Origin: Candidatus Bathyarchaeota archaeon
GTDB lineage: Archaea > Thermoproteota > Bathyarchaeia > Bathyarchaeales > Bathycorpusculaceae
Assembly: GCA_963770935.1 (NCBI GenBank)
Contig: CAVYRJ010000016.1
Location: 59,304 to 123,303, forward strand
Direction of reading: 5' to 3'
DNA: 64,000 bases
The notes below the pieces were generated by a model. The model saw only the letters and a list, made by a program, of their open reading frames with translations, searched no databases and was not told the origin of the DNA. Shown piece by piece: positions 63,244-64,000 of the stretch. Within the stretch, counting starts at the first letter, position 1, and the number at the start of each line of letters is the position of its first letter. Made by a program: the position numbers and the translations under genes.

Positions 63244-63472
63244 CTACTTTCTCCCAAAGTACCTTTTCTTAGTTAAACATATATAAAATTTTTCAGTCAC
63301 TAAAACACCAAAAAATGCATTAAATGTTCACCTTAACTCTTCTATATCGGATTATTTCCTCTGGATTCAAAATGCCTTATGGTTAAATTGACAATGCACT
63401 ATCTGTTGTTAGGTATTATTTCAGAAGATTTTTATGCTCATAGCAACAAACAGCATTTGGGAGAGAGCTTAG

Positions 63473-64000
63473 TTGAGAAACAGGGCGGGTCTTCTCAGTA
63501 TTCAGATTTCCACTATTTTCCTTATAGTGCTCACGTTGGTTGCTTCAATCCCAATAATTTCTTGCGACTACACCAAAGTGTGGTATGTCCATGACGTCAT
63601 AACCCCGTCTATGGATGAAATCAAATGGCTTGAAGAAGGCGCCATAGCAGAGCCACCGGCATGGATCGCAGACGGCTCATTTTATCAGGCTCATATGCGC
63701 CAGAGCCTAGTAAACGCAAACGATATCTTCGTCTCGACATACGAGGAGTTTAACTGGCCCCTTGTGCGTCCAATCGCAGAATATTATTATGGCTTAAACT
63801 TCAATTCGTTCCAAGACTTCGAAAACGCCGTTACAAACAATCCAGGTCGATGGATAGATGCGTCATGGCAACTCGATACGAAATGGTATGGAGTAACCCA
63901 AAACAACACAAAAGTTACTGCCTCACTAAACCAGACAACTTCTGTCGCACAGTTATGGACCTGGTTCCATATCACACGCGTACCAGAATATGTAGTTGGC
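63473..64000 (+). CDS. Secreted hypothetical protein (partial, runs off the window)
   Basis: Not in the ORF track. An open frame of 176 codons runs from the TTG at 63473 (MRNRAGLLSIQISTIFLIVLTLVASIPIISCDYTKVWY...), with a purine-rich RBS upstream. Confidence 0.75.
   Translation, partial: MRNRAGLLSIQISTIFLIVLTLVASIPIISCDYTKVWYVHDVITPSMDEIKWLEEGAIAEPPAWIADGSFYQAHMRQSLVNANDIFVSTYEEFNWPLVRPIAEYYYGLNFNSFQDFENAVTNNPGRWIDASWQLDTKWYGVTQNNTKVTASLNQTTSVAQLWTWFHITRVPEYVVG

Noticed and set aside
1-64000. tRNA or rRNA genes
   Set aside because: No GC-rich cloverleaf or rRNA-like tract was recognised by eye; TTCAAATCCC near 18011 overlaps a start codon and lacks tRNA stems.

Overview
Archaeal chromosomal DNA, most likely Bathyarchaeia (TACK). 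This assignment is inferred from the TFB gene, a PQQ-propeller-type N-terminus and the lineage-typical surface proteins. About 51 kb (2.2-54.1 kb) is an AT-rich cell-surface and exopolysaccharide island bounded by two convergent paralogous GT2 genes. It contains nine glycosyltransferase or glycosyltransferase-like genes, nucleotide-sugar enzymes (a cytidylyltransferase/C-methyltransferase/epimerase/PIG-L cassette, GDP-mannose 3,5-epimerase, a short UDP-sugar dehydrogenase), four CelD/FemAB-type GNATs, several SAM methyltransferases, a radical SAM enzyme, and DUF2206- and DUF1616-like membrane proteins. It also contains a duplicated V4R-like/small-membrane-protein module, an Ig-repeat adhesin with an 852-bp tandem repeat, three secreted GH18-like hydrolases, a membrane-anchored CE4-like deacetylase and a TasA/AbpA-like fibre subunit. 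The best candidate for a new system is an archaeal biofilm-matrix locus, in which one hydrolase carries an N-terminal peptide resembling the predicted donor strand of the fibre subunit. The right flank has a CBS-HPF ribosome-hibernation-like gene, two truncated genes, tfb and two PD-(D/E)XK nuclease-like genes. A bipartite non-coding hairpin repeat occurs twice. The many single-base frameshifts look like long-read errors rather than pseudogenes. No tRNA, rRNA, CRISPR array or transposase was seen. All family calls come from motif recognition by eye, not database searches.
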